Source: Octopus vulgaris
Lineage: Eukaryota
NCBI GenBank assembly: GCA_951406725.2
Contig: OX597819.1
Location: 21,390,001 to 21,454,000 of the forward strand
Reading direction: 5' to 3'
Length of the DNA: 64,000 nucleotides
Both the position numbers and the translations under genes were made by a program. Positions 24,228-38,627 of the stretch are shown here, in pieces. The first letter of the stretch is position 1; every line of letters begins with the position of its first letter. Under the pieces are notes generated by a model. It was given only the letters and a program-made list of their open reading frames with translations, made no database searches and was not told the origin of the DNA.

Positions 24228-24619
24228 GGATGGAAGCACTCCGTCGGTTACGACGATGAGGGTTCCGGTTGATCCGATCAACGGAACAGCCTGTTCGGGA
24301 AATTAACGTGTAAGTGGCTGAGCACTCCACAGACACGTATACCCTTAACGTAGTTCTCGGGGATATTCAGCGTGACACGGAGAGTAACAAGGCCGGCCCT
24401 TTGAAATACAGGGACAACAGAAACAGGAAGTAAGAGTGAGAGAAAGTTGTGGTGAAAGAGTACAGCAGGGATGACCACCATCCCCTGCCGGAGCCTCGTT
24501 GATCTTTTAGGTGTTTTCGCTCAATAAACACTCACAACGCCAGGTCTGGGAATCGAAACCGCCGCGATCCTACGACCGCGAGTCCGCTGCCCTAACCACT
24601 GGGCCATTGCGCCTCCACG
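24228..24619 (-). mobile_element. SINE family C, long-tail form, with 10-bp TSD
   Basis: Head GGAGGCGCAATGGCCCAGTGGTTAGG on the minus strand. GTAAAAGAAT occurs at 24218-24227 and 24620-24629. Confidence 0.93.
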
Positions 24620-24659
24620 GTAAAAGAATATAATAGTGAGAAAGGCAACGCTAATTACG

Positions 24660-24993
24660 ATGCTGAAATTAGCACGGCTGCTGCTACTGCTGTTGTTGCT
24701 ATTGTAGCAACGACTGCTACTGCTGCTGGTGGTGTTGTTGCTACTGTTGCTGATGCTGCTCTTATTACTACCGTCTCAGATTCTACTCTCAGTTCTTACT
24801 ATATCTCCCGTAGTTGGAGCAGTTACAGCTGTTGCTGCTGCTGCTGCCACTACCACTACTACTACTACTGACAGTGCTTCTGCCATTATTACTACTACTT
24901 CTACTACTACCGCTGCTACTACTACTACTACAATTACTACTTCTACTACAATTACTACTACTACTATTACAACTACTACTTCTACTACTGATC

Positions 24994-25025
<32 letters not shown>

Positions 25026-25650
25026 GATAATGCTGCTGCCATTACTACTACTACTTCTACTACTACTGCTGCTGCTACATTATTACTATTACAACTAATA
25101 CTACTGCTACTACTACTACTATTACAACAACTACACTACTACTGCTACTACTACTACTATTACAACAACTACTACTACTTCTACTGCTGCTGCTACATTA
25201 TTACTATTACAACTACTACTACTGCTACTACTACTACTATTACAACAACTACTAATACTACTACTTCTGCTGCTGCTGCTGCCACTACTACTACTACTAT
25301 TACAGCTACTACTACTACTACATCTACTACTACTGCTGCCATTACTACTACTACTACTACTACTGATTCTACTACTACTATTACAACTACTACTTCTACT
25401 ACTACTGCTGCCATTACTACTATTACTACTACTATTACAACAACTACTACTACTACTATTACTTCTGCTGCCACTATTACAACAACTACTACTACCACTA
25501 CTACTACTACTGCTGCTGCTGTTACTACTACTACTGATGCTACTACTACTGATGCTACTATTACAACTACTATTACCTGTTTTGCTTCTACCGGAATTAT
25601 GGTTGCTGCCGTAGTTGCTGCTGCTGCCGCTACTGCCACTTCTAATAATA
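24660..25650. repeat. ~1-kb degenerate (ACT/GCT/ATT)n trinucleotide array
   Basis: Direct inspection. It yields poly-T/L/Y and poly-V/S ORFs in several frames. Confidence 0.9.
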
Positions 25651-26328
25651 GCATCATCCTTAGCACCAGAAACCAAAATGCATGCAAGGTTTCTTTTACT
25701 AATTTTTGCTAGTCTTGCGAGAATTTTAATGTTGTTGCTTAACCACGAGTCTAACCTCATCACTGAGACAAATGATCCAACATGCACCAGCCATGACCAT
25801 CCCTTTCGCAGACAATCTCTCAAAGAAGACTACTTAATAAGATGCACACTATTTATTTTTCTTAAGATGGTTGTTATGATATAATTCTAAGAAGGGGTTT
25901 GGCCATTTATTTACTTTGTAATCGATATCTGTGTCGTTTTTTTCGTGGTTAGAGGCTTTTAGTGGGTGGTAGGGTGGGGGTAGATGCTTTATTTTATTGT
26001 TATATTTGTTGTTTTTGTCACATTTTCCATTTTACTCAGATTGAATTTGTTTTTTTAAGTTTTCACTATCACAACAGAAATGCTAAAAATCGAGCCTAAA
26101 GTGTGAAGTTTGCAATTAATTTGTGTTATTTTGTTGACCGAGAGAGTTAAGAGCCGATGAACAATGCAGCCTCCTACGTAGTGAAGGGGTAAATTGATGG
26201 AGGAAAGTTTGCACCCATTCCCTTCACAGATTTGAATACATTGGCGATGGAATCGACTTAAACTTTTAAGACTCCCATAGTTTTACTGAAGAAGTTCATA
26301 GAGAAAATTCTATCTACATGCTTCCATA

Positions 26329-26739
26329 GGCGCAGGAGTGGCTGTGTGGTAAGTAGCTTGCTAACCAACCACATGGTTCCGGGTTCAATCCCACTGCGTG
26401 GCATCTTGGGCAAGTGTCTTCTGCTATAGCTCCGGGCCGACCAATGCCTTGTGAGTGGATTTGTTAGACGGAAACTGAAAGAAGCCTGTCGTATATATGT
26501 ATGTATATATGTATGTATGTGTGTGTGTTGTTTGTGTGTCTGTGTTTGTTCCCCTAGCATTGCTTGACAACCGATGCTGGTGTGTTTACGTCCCCGTCAC
26601 TTAGCGGTTCGGCAAAAAGAGACCGATAGAATAAGTACTGGGCTTACAAAAAGAATAAGTCCCGTGGTCGAGTTGCACGGCTAAAGGCGGTGCTCCAGCA
26701 TGGCCGCAGTCAAACGACTGAAACAAGTAAAAAAGAGTA
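26329..26739 (+). mobile_element. SINE family A, full length
   Basis: Matches the other family A copies end to end. Confidence 0.95.
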
Positions 26740-29700
26740 TATGCGGAAGAGGACGATGGAAAAAATATATATTTCGCCTATTTAATTTATAAGCTACTTT
26801 AATTCGGAGAAATTGACCCATATAATGGACAGTAAAACAGCCTATGGACTATACCTGTTAATTTCCAAGTGATCCCTTCTGAGATATACCTGACTTTCCT
26901 GTTGTTGTGTGTCGTTAAAGATTTATATTTTTAACAGTTTATTTTTTATTTTATATATATAAAAATTATTGGGTGTAATTTGAGGGATATTTCGCTGCTT
27001 ATTTCTTGCAAGACGAGTGACCAGATATGTAGAGAAACTCATTCTTTGGCTCGAGCTATCAAGAAGAAGAAGCAGTTATATGAGGTAGGCCTTGCTGAGA
27101 AGCTGTACGGATTGTAGTATGTCCGAGGCATTGTTTGAAACGAAAACATGCGATGCGGAGATTTGAAAGTCTCTTGATCACGTGGACTCAAAGTAGCCAT
27201 GTCATTTAAACCCACCGTCCCAATCAACTGCACCACAATTTAAGATATCCTCGCCTGTTACATTCAAAATATTATTAGCATAATGTTTGCCTCCAATGAG
27301 AAAGTCTCTGTGAAATAATTGACTGACAGAGTCTGGATTGAAATCGAAGTCATAATCATAAGTAACTGATTTTTCTGAAAGCGATTCAATGGCAAAATAT
27401 GCACCGAGAGTATGGAAAAAAAAAACACAACTGTCAAGCTAATTCGCCACCAGAGTGAAGAATTAGACGGTCCCCTCAGCACATCGTTTCATCAATGCTT
27501 GCTCTGAAAGTTGATAAAAAGAACCGTTGATTTGCCGATCCCATACAAGAGTTTTCAATCGTTACGTTTACCTTCTCATTTCCTTATTACACTTTTGACA
27601 AATATTGCAACGTCTATAAACTGACACTGAATGAAACCTGTTCGAATTCCCCTCCAATTGTTTTACGGAAATTTCAAAACAGAATGATTAATATCGCTTC
27701 TGTCCTTTAACTCCTGCATACGTAACCCTGAGTTATATTTCTTATAAGGTTATTAAAATTAGTGTTCACCGTTTTTATCTTCTTCATGCCAAAACACGCA
27801 AAGACGCTTTTACAACTATTTTATTTCAAATGTAGACAACTATATCTGTCTATTTATCTCTCTCTCCTTCTTTCTTTCTCTCTCTCTTTCTATCTCTCTA
27901 TCTGTCTACCTTCTTTTAACTCCTTACGTTTTTTTCCTACTTGTATATTTTGTCTTCTTCATAGTCTTCTTCGTCATCGTCGTATTCATTTCCCTCTTCT
28001 TCTTCAAATCCTTCTTCTTCTTCTTCTTCTTCTTCTTCTTCTTCTTCACGTTCTTCTTCTCCTTCGTCACGTTCTTCTTCTTCTTCTTCTTCTTATTATT
28101 ATTATTTCTATTATCATCACCAACCTTCTCTCTTTCTTTTCCTTCTCCGTTCGTTTCATTTCTCCTTACATTTTGGCCTCTTTTTATCTTTTCTTGTCCT
28201 CCTTTTGCTGCTTCTCTCACCGTGTCTTCCTTGCCCTTTTTTCACTCTGCTCCTTTGCCTCTCTGTCTCCTTATCTCTCTTCGCTTCTCTCTCCCTCTAC
28301 TCTTACTTTCCCTTTTATTTTCTTTAGGGCAAATGAAACACCAACCTTATCATGGTTCAATGTAATTTTCTACATCACTATCAAGGCTATGTCATCACCT
28401 TCCTTCTCCACAATGAACTCGTCCAGCACAATTTCTTTTTCCCTGCATTTTCAGGTTTTATCGAAAAGATAATATACTTAAAAGGTAATACTGAACACAA
28501 ATTGATATCAGCAAGGCTAGTATATTTATAACCTGAACCAAAAACAGAAAAAAACAAAACTACTTCGGATTTCAATCTACTTCTGTAACAGCAAACAACT
28601 GAAACAAATTTCTTTTATTCATTCTCTTGAGTCTAAAATAATAAACAAGCAAAGTAACAAGACTTTAGGCGATCTACTAGCATGCCGTTGTTATTGTTGT
28701 TCAACCCGAGGTCGTTTAAATTCCAGTAGATTTGTAATTAAATGTATTCCAGCCCCGAATATTCTTTTTGCTATTTTACTTTTAGTATTCGCTGACTATT
28801 CAATCTTGTGTGTCCTTCCCTATTTTATTATGGTAATGTGGGTGATTTAAGTGAGATTAGGGTTACTATTTTTAGCGGATTGAACAACGACGTAGAGGCT
28901 CTCCACTAATATGTGAATAACAATGGCAGAAAATTGCTTCTCCGTAATGTATTGGTTCGCCATTTTGTTTTTATTATTATTGTTAACGTTGTACTTGTTT
29001 ACTTCAATCTTTTTGCTGTTTTCTCAATTTCGTTTTTGCAGGAGGAAGGAAGGAGAGAGTGTAGGGGTTGGGTGTTAATCCATTAATGTTTCAGCTTCGT
29101 TTTACAAAAATGGACAGATATTTTTACAGCAAGTGTATCCCGTATCTCAAAGAGAAGAAATAAATATATTCTGCAACGCAACGGTTTTATACAATTCTAC
29201 ATTTATCCAGGTCGTAGCTATATTTCGTTATTTTTCTTAAAGCTTTCGTTGTTGTTGTTGTTATCTTCAACTTAATAACATAGTTAGTTGTGCCTACCAA
29301 ATAGGGTTTCTTGAATCAATTCAGTTTAAAAGGTGACGTTTATAGAGGAGCAAAGTTCAGCAGAAACTCGTAGAATAGCGGCAATACGCAATTGGCAATA
29401 CAATCTATAAACAAGCCAAACGGAAAAGACTATTTCCATTAAACGTAATTCGAAAGCAGTACCAGCTTAAATTTGCTTCGCACACAGCTATCAATACAAA
29501 TATATGCACACTAATATACATGGACATACGCACACACGCACTAATATTCACAAACGCTTATAGAAGAAAATTTCCATGCTCAGCTACACACACAAATGCC
29601 AAGATTTTTATGTATATCTATTTATGTGTGGGTGTCTATATACGGATATATATATATATATATATATATGAGTGTGTGTGTGTGCGTGCGTATGTGTATA

Positions 29701-29790
29701 CGTGTGTGTGTGTTGTGTTTGTATATATATAAACCCTATATTCGTCATGATAGATCGGTAGCCACTATACATTATTTTCTCTCCTTTTTT

Positions 29791-29828
29791 TCTTTCTGTG
29801 GAAGAGCGTAGGCTCGAAACGTTAAATA
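29791..29828 (+). ncRNA. Minimal hammerhead-like motif with non-canonical core
   Basis: UCUUU CUGUGGA A GAGC-guag-GCUC GAA ACGU U AAAUA. A degenerate relative lies at ~2932-2964(-). Confidence 0.5.
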
Positions 29829-30193
29829 CTTTTTTCATACTTCCCTAGCATTATACTAATACATTTGTTTGTTTTCTACACCACCTGTCTTCGTCTTTTG
29901 CTTTTTTATGAATTCTTCCGATATATATATAATTTGAGCAGGAATTATATATATATATATATATATACATACATACTTACATACGTACATATATACATAT
30001 TTAATCATCGGTAAGTAAAAAGACTGACTCAAGATTCCAGAGTTTCGTTCAAGACATTAAATTGACTTATAAATTTGTTCCGTTGCATTCACAAAACTGA
30101 CGATGCTTCAGTTACGCTTCTAAAATATAAAACCGATGCATCGTGATTCAGTGAGTTCTACCATTTCAGTTTTTTATACCAATATATAAATAT

Positions 30194-30230
<37 letters not shown>

Positions 30231-30339
30231 AAAGAAAGAGTGAAAAACTACAGAAGGCATGTGTTATATGGTTAAAGAATATATTTATGTTAGAAAAATG
30301 TTAGAAAATTTTGCGTATAGTAACATAGTTTTTTAGAGA

Positions 30340-30790
30340 AATAACCAGTTTCGTTTACCTGGCTTTCGTCGAAGAATTTCACCAAGTACAGGTCAATGTT
30401 TTTCTTTTCTTTTCTGATTGCTTCGAATAATGTTAAATAAAGTAATATTAACAACTGTCACAAGAGGGAGTATAACATCCTATTAGTGCCTTTGGTAGTT
30501 TTGAACAATTGATTAAATTCTTGCAGAAAAATTCATGAATGTTCATTCCGATATTTCCAATTCCCTACTAGAAAAAGGATTATTTCCCACATAGTTGATG
30601 TCAGATATTCTGAGAGTTGCTCTCTTAAGCAAAAACTGTTGAGTCATTCATTTACACTAAAGCTTCATTAATGAAACGCACCTTATCTGCTTTCGAGTGT
30701 TTTAGAAATATGAGTTTGAAAAGAACGATATCACACATCTTGATACTTAGGTGACGAATATATCATTTTATCTGCCTGTGACAAATAGAT
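30340..30790 (-). mobile_element. Possible highly degenerate PLE 3' end with a hammerhead remnant
   Basis: Reverse complement UCGACGA...CGAAACUGGUU at 30343-30374, downstream of weak endonuclease-like fragments. Confidence 0.3.
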
Positions 30791-32502
30791 AAATGTATAT
30801 TTTATAACCGTTAACATTTCAATGGCTTATCACATTATCCTCGGATTATTTTCATTCGTCTGTTATCACGTCGCTTTACTCCCCCAGTCGTTTGAATAAA
30901 CGACAACACGAACATAACAGTATCCAAAATGCTTTAGATTCTTATTAAATATGTATGTGAATATCTGTGTGTTTTCCTGTGTTATATATTTACGGATATT
31001 TCTGTGTTTCTGTGAGTACAGGTACAGACATCTGTGTGTTTGTGAGTGTATGATCCTGTGCTAATATTTCACGTTATTTCTAAAAGTTTATGTCAAAAGA
31101 CTTTAGACTTCATATTGCAGAAACAAACTAAGTTAAAATCAATTTCAATAGCTTATCGATAGCTATAAAAGACTTCGACGATTCCATGTTGACTTTGGTG
31201 TGATCATAATAGATGTATCCCCAAGAGGTTTCAAGAGGACAACGGAGTGTAGATAGCAACAGTTGACTTTAATGTTTTCCTCTGCACCTCTGGCCAATCC
31301 TTATCACGTACTCTCTAACAGCAGCTTCGTCATTTCACTGCACAGGAGAGGCCGACTTGAGGTGATATTTGAATTTGCTTTCCCTTTGAAGAAAACACTT
31401 TCTTATATGATGCTACCGTAACAACTATTCACTACATCGTTTTAGAAAGGCTTCTTAGATCTTAGCAGCCATTTTAGAACCGAAATGACATGTATTTTTG
31501 ATGCATATACACCCACATAAACCAATATCGTGTCAACAAGGAAGCCGATACGTAATCCCATAATCTGCTAGAAATAGTAATTGACACTGCGAACAAACAT
31601 AAACCGCTCTTAAAATAACGATGCCCACAATAACCAGCGCATTTTGATAGAGGGGGAAGCTGCTGGAGAACCAAGGCTTGAACACTTTTGGTTATAGGTC
31701 AACATCATTAGGACTTACCTGGACAGAACATCAAACTTCACAATTCGTAAGTCATTTCCTCTAACTTCGTTTAATAATACGTAACTGAACTATAGATCAA
31801 GCTCAACCACAGTCTAACAATCATTGTGGGATAAGAAGTCAACGAGAAAGCCTAAACTTAGACACTCGACCTGCTACAACAAGCGAAAATAATCACAGTC
31901 ACTCATACTCTCATAAACATATTAAAATATTTTATGGGATTATTATCGTTATGGAAGCAACGAGTATTTCGGTGTAATTGATAATTGGTTCTGCAAAGTG
32001 TTGTGAATGGCAGAGTAACTTCGTTGAGCATACATACAGACATACACATATACACTTGTTAAATACTCTGAAATTCTCGAAATTCTTTCTAAAGATATTT
32101 CGATTTACCTGTCATGCATGAGAATTTACCTGTCATTTGCATTATACATTACATTTACTGATGTCTGATTGTTAAACATTTTTAACCAATTTTTAAAAAA
32201 ATACTGAATGCTTTATTGATATCTGCCAGAGTTTTTAATCCTTTTTTTGTATGTGTGTTTGAATGTTTAACACATATATAACAGCAAATACATTTATACA
32301 TTTAAGCGTGAATCGTACACAAATATACATACATACATGCACGCATGCATATATACATACATGCACATACGCACACACACACATACGTGCACATAGACAC
32401 ACACATATATATATGTATGTGTCCGATACTATATGTTTACTTAGTGATTTTTCTATCAACACTTTAAAAGGTACGGTGATGTGTGTATATATATGTTCCT
32501 CA

Positions 32503-32533
32503 CCGTAGAGATGAAATACATCCGAAACGTGTC
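32503..32533 (+). ncRNA. Degenerate hammerhead-like motif
   Basis: CCGUAGA GAUG-aaaua-CAUC C GAA ACGUGU C. The core is mutated and stem I is unclear. Confidence 0.4.
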
Positions 32534-32900
32534 TAGAACATTCATACGAATGTTGCTGAAAGAGTTGATATATATATTAGTAATTGACCTACAGCTTTCT
32601 TGTATTTCTTTTCACTTTACACATTTTTTAATGAACTGTTTGAAGTTCACCAGGAACACATAGATTACATCCAACCCCACCTCAGCCTCACAGAACTCTC
32701 CAGACTTGAGACCAGCTAAATTTGATGAGTATTCACCAGATCACTCTGGTTTACCTTTGAACCGAGGTTACTACATCAATATTGAATTTCGGTTAATGAT
32801 GGTCTATAATGACGTAAATTCTATGGTACAAACCAAACGCTCCAAGCAAGTACTGAAGTGAATTCTGGCAAATATACATGCATACATACACACACACACG

Positions 32901-33081
<181 letters not shown>

Positions 33082-34306
33082 CACATATATAGATATATAT
33101 AGATATACACACACACACACATATATATATATACACACACATACGTACGTTCGTATGTGTTTATGCGTGTATGTTTGCAAGCATGTATATATGCACGCAT
33201 GTATGTATGCATGTATGTAGCGTGTATGTATGAATATAACAATTTTGCCTACTCGCCGTTTTATGTTTTCTAATTTCGACACAAAACCTGTTAAATTTGA
33301 GGAAAGGGAATTAGCTGATTGCATAATTATATACTTGACAGATACTTTAATTTATTGAACTCAAAATCATAACGGGGGTCCCCTTAGTAAAAAAGGTTTT
33401 GGTTTATACTACAATCTCACGAATGAAAAGAAATTAAAGGAAAGGAGAAAAGAGGCCTCACAATCTAGAAATAGATGCTGCAGTCATCAGAGATGATGAC
33501 TATCATACAGATCCAATCCGGTTGCCCCAAACATCCATACTTACTCCGAGTACACACTGCCTGCTGTTTATTCCTGTAACCTTCAGACAGATGCTGAGAA
33601 TAAACCCAATTACTAAGGTGTTGATCATTTTCTCAACTCTCATTGAATTTGGTGTAAGGTCTTGCTACCTTGTGTGAGTGAATATTGAACAGAAAAAAAC
33701 AAAGCAAAAATCGGTGAACTTGACCGGAAATGAAAGGGGCTATCCTCAGTTCTTTCAGTCGCAGGCACCAAAGGACATGTTTAGGTCAAGCAACCCCAGA
33801 GTCGAAAACTACTTGCCTTCGTTGGCGAAACATATGTGGTAGGCGCGATTTTGACAATGGACTCGTCTAATGCAAGGAATTACTTCTCTGTGTTAAAAGG
33901 AGAATTGATTAACACATAAATAACGTTCGTTGCATTCAACCCTGTATTATTGTGTATTTTATTGTATTCCGTATATGTTTTTGTAGCAGTTGTCAAAGAA
34001 AGCTAATTTATAAACAGGTCTATGCTCGTGTCTGTTTGTGTATATATGCGTTAAAGTGTTATACATGTCTCTGCATATACACATATATGTATGACACGTA
34101 TATAGATCTGTATACTAATGTATATGTTCATGTGTATTTGCATATAAACACGCATGATCAAATGTGAATTTATAGGTGTAAAAACGTACATACGTGCATG
34201 TGTGAGTATGTGTGTGTGTATACACAAAAACACACACACGGGTTAGTAATCTTGCGCATTAGATATGATGATAATAATAATAATAATAATAATAATAACA
34301 GCAACG

Positions 34307-34355
<49 letters not shown>

Positions 34356-35929
34356 TCTTCCAGATTTGCCGATTTATCTGTTTCCATCAGATTCTTCACA
34401 ACTAAGCAGAGACATAAATGTACATATGTATGTATGTACGTATGTACGTATGTGAAATCAGAAAATAAAATAACACTTGGCAGATTTTTATCAATATTAA
34501 CAAAATCTAATGAGTATTATTAATACTACTAATGAAAACTATTTATAGATAAAGATACACTAGAAAACAATCATAAAGTAATCGACGTGAAGTCGTCGAG
34601 TATAAAACGAGATGAAAGACAGCCATTGAAAAGGAAAAACAGAGGAGTAGTGGTTAGCTGAAACTTGTCATTAATTATTCTATAATGATAAATAAAGAGT
34701 AAAAAGCTTTGGTAAGAAATGTTCCACTTTAGAAGTAATAACTGGCGCAGCCAATTGTACAGCAACTGAGGCTGAACATATAGTAATTTCACAGATACTC
34801 GCCCGGTATTGATTATATTTATGTATTTATTTGTTATAAATCATTTTGTTGTTATGTTGTTGTCGGTGCTGTTCGTGTGATGGTGGTAACGGTGATGGTG
34901 AGTCTAAGAGTGGAATATTTAGCTAAAAAAGAAAAGCGTAACGGTATCAGATTGAAATGTCAGATAGAAACACAGCTGGTGTAAGTAATCTTATTCTGAG
35001 ATTGAAGTGATAATTCTAAGTACCAGTCATGTATCACGTTTGCACTAATATTTTTGTTGTTTGTGGCAAAGATCTAAATCAATATTATAGTAGTAATATT
35101 TTTCGCACTGTTCAAATCACACAGAATTCTAATTTACATTCTTCCACGACGAACACGTCATTACAATGACTTTATATGAGAGGTTCTGAAACGATTTGTG
35201 CCACCGCCCAATCATGGCCGCATAATACCCCACCAGCGTCTCCACCCTTACTTTTATGTATAAATATATATTTTATATTTTACTAATTTATGTATACTAT
35301 GAATCATTTGATATTTAATATATTATATAATTCGTATACAATACTATAATAATATTGCAATAAATTCATAGCATCCCCCAATCCCCTGCCTCCTTTTTCC
35401 CAACGCCTCTTTTTCTCTATCGACCTCCTATCCGCTCGAAAGTAGAGTACGCTAATCGTCACAGACGAACAATTTAGATGCAAATGAACATGTGTTTTAG
35501 CGGAAGGGACCCTGGAACAACATCGTTTCGCGCTCATTGTGTCTCCCCAGACAGAGGCTCCCGAAACTAATGAATCTAAAGTTATTCGGAGCTTTTATTT
35601 ATAACATCAACAAATAAATTGTTTGCTGATCCGTGTGGTTATCAATCACATCTGCTCTCTTCACTTTCCACAAGTTCATCTTTTAGTAATTAGTATTTGT
35701 CCATCTTTAGCAGCTATTTGTTACACACGAATGCGTCCCCAGGTGTGGTAATATCTGTAATCTTGTTTTCCTTCTTCCGTACTACTTCTACAATAATGTC
35801 AGGTTCTTTGAATATGTACGATGTATTTTAAGGTTAAATAGTTTACGTTTGGGTAACTGAGGTATTTTGGTTGGATTATATCGTCATTGGTGTTACATTA
35901 CTTACTATATTCTGTAACTGTCAGTATAC

Positions 35930-36171
35930 TATTTTCTAGGCCTAAATCTTTTGTGGGGAGAGGGCCAGTTAATTAGATCGATCCCAGTACACAATTGGTA
36001 CTTAATTTATTGTTCCCGACAGGACGAAAGTCAAAGTCAACCTCGACAGAATTTGAACTCAGAACGTAAATATACAAATATTTCACATGGTACAGTACAC
36101 TGTTTACAAATGCTTATATTTTTTATGTTTTCTGTGAACTTTTCACGGGTCCAGCCACTTATTATTATTAC

Positions 36172-36231
<60 letters not shown>

Positions 36232-36670
36232 GGCGATGAGCTGGGAGCATCGTTAGCATGCCGGATGCTACATTTTGAGATCAAATTCCGCCGAAGTCGA
36301 CTGTGCCTTTCATCTTTTCGGGGTCCATTAATTAAGAACCAGTTGCGTACTGGGTCGAATATAATCGACTATCCCCCTCCCCCAATTTCTGGCCTTGTGC
36401 CAATTTGAGAAAGGATTATAATCATCATTGTTGTTATTATTATTATTATTATTATTATTGTTGTTGTTGTTGTTGTTGTTAGAGCGGCGAGGAGAGTCGT
36501 TAGCACAGATTTCGTGCATTTTTATCTTTTGGGATCAAATTCCATCGGATTCGACTTTGTTCTTCATACTTTCGGGCTTCTTAAAATATGTAAGAGTTGA
36601 GTATTGTGATCGATTTCATCGGCTCTCACTTCCCCTCAAAGACTGCCGGCCCTGGGTGAAAATTTGAAAG
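35930..36670. mobile_element. Cluster of three degenerate SINE family B copies (35930-36068 -, 36232-36420 +, 36481-36670 +) among (ATT)n tracts
   Basis: CAAATTCCGCCGAAGTCGAC.GCCTTTCATC core and variants. Confidence 0.8.
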
Positions 36671-36759
36671 CATTATGCTTTCTTTTAATTGTCATCATCT
36701 TCTACATCTTCGTCCATAATAATCATTTTTATCAGCAACAGCAGCAGCAGTATATATTA

Positions 36760-36786
36760 GTAGTAGTAGTAGTGGTGATGTTGATG

Positions 36787-36833
<47 letters not shown>

Positions 36834-37020
36834 TCTGGCGGTGGTAGTAACAGTTGATGGTAGTGGTGGCAGTAGTATCAGTAGTAGTAGTAGTGGTTGT
36901 GGTAGTGATGTTGATGGTGGCGTTGGTTTTGGCAGTAGTAGTAGTGGTTGTGGTGGTGATGGTAGTGGTGGTTATGGTAGTAGTAGAAGTAGTAGTAGTA
37001 GTAGCAGCAGTAGTAGTAGC

Positions 37021-37074
<54 letters not shown>

Positions 37075-37075
37075 T
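36760..37075. repeat. (GTA/GGT)n trinucleotide array
   Basis: Direct inspection. Confidence 0.9.
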
Positions 37076-37502
37076 ATTGTTTTCCTGGTTACCTGGTTTT
37101 GTATGTTTTGTTTTGATGTAAGAAGTACCAAATAACCATTGCCACAAGCCCCTCCTCCTCCTGCTCCCCGCCCTCTTCCGACGATTGTCGTCTGCTACAC
37201 ATGGATTTTGCAAGAAAGTAGTTTGACACTTTGTAAGAAATTTGCTCAAATAAAACGTATATTACATGCTAGTGACCTTGGTGTTTTAATTTCAATAAGA
37301 TAATCATACTTCTCTCTCTCTCTTTCTCTCTCACACACATAAAGATTATAAATATGGGGAAAATTTATTCCCGCACCAGATTGCATGTATGTGTGTATGT
37401 GTTGTTGTTGGGGGTGGGGAGCGTGTGTTTGACGAAGAAAAGTATTTCTGGTACGCACACTGACTCTCCCTAACGACCTTCTTGGTATTATTTAAGTTCG
37501 AA

Positions 37503-37895
37503 ACCGCCTAACAGAATCGTTAGCACGCCGGGCGAAATGCTTTGTGGTATTTTGTCTGTCGCTACGTTCTGAGTTCAAATTCCACCGAGGTCGACTTCGC
37601 CTTTCATCCTTTCGGGGTCGATTAAATAAGTACAAGTTACGCACTGGGGTCGATAAAATCGACTTAATCCGTTTGCCTGTCCTTGTTTGTCCTCTCTGTG
37701 TTTAGCCCCTTGTGGGTAGTAAAGAAATAGGTATTTTGTCTGCAGTTATGTTCTGAGTTCAAATTCCTCCGAAGTTGACTTTGCCTTCCATCCTTTCGTG
37801 GTGGATAAATTAACTACCGGTTGCGTACTGGGGTCGATTTAAGCGACTGTCCCACTTCCTCAAAAACCTCAGGCGTTGTGCTTATAGTAGAAAAG
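37503..37895 (+). mobile_element. SINE family B dimer with two different tails and a 16-bp TSD
   Basis: ATTATTTAAGTTCGAA occurs at 37487-37502 and 37896-37911. Confidence 0.92.
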
Positions 37896-38198
37896 ATTAT
37901 TTAAGTTCGAAGAATTTCACCGTATTTCGTAGCAAAGTTGGGAAGAAAACATCGGACGTTCGGGTTGCTGTGCTTGTCTTGCCAAGTGTGGTTTCGGTAG
38001 GGGAATGTGGAACTGATCTCTTGGAGGCTGTATTTGGACGTAAGTACACTAACGTATGCGTAAAGGATTATATAAGTGTTCGTTTGTGTTGTTATATTGT
38101 AAAAATAATAACATGTTAGAGGTTGTTGCTGCAGCGGTGCCAGGCGGATTAGAATAGAGTGGATGTAGATAAAATGCGTAAGGTGGCACTTGTGCTTA

Positions 38199-38627
38199 GG
38201 TGCAGGAGTGGCTTTGCAGGCGCAGGAGTGGCTGTGTTGTAAGTAGCTTGTTTACCAACCACATGGTTCCGGGTTCAGTCCCACTGCGTGGCACCTTGGG
38301 CAAGTGTCTTCTACTATAGCCTCGGGCCGACCAAAGCCTTGTGAGTGGATTTGGTAGACGGAAACTGAAAGAAGCCCGTCGTATATATGTATATATATAT
38401 ATATATATATGTGTTTGTGTGTCTGTGTTTGTCCTCCGAGCATTGCTTGACAACCGATGCTGGTGTGTTTATGTCCATGTTACTTAGCGGTTCGGCAAAA
38501 GAGACCGATAAAATAAGTACTAGGCTTACAAAGAATAAGTCCCGGGGTCGAGTTGCTCGATTAAAGGCGGTGCTCCAGCATGACCGCAGTCAAATGACTG
38601 AAACAAGTAAAAGAGAAAAAGAGAGAG
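38199..38627 (+). mobile_element. SINE family A, full length, with a duplicated 5' 20-mer
   Basis: GGTGCAGGAGTGGCTTTGCA precedes GGCGCAGGAGTGGCTGTG. Confidence 0.95.

Noticed and set aside
24729-25712. 327-aa Thr-rich, mucin-like ORF with a Leu-rich start
   Set aside because: It lies wholly in a trinucleotide array, switches register (poly-T, poly-L, poly-Y), has no ATG start, and I found no convincing splice context. Expression data would be needed to revive it.
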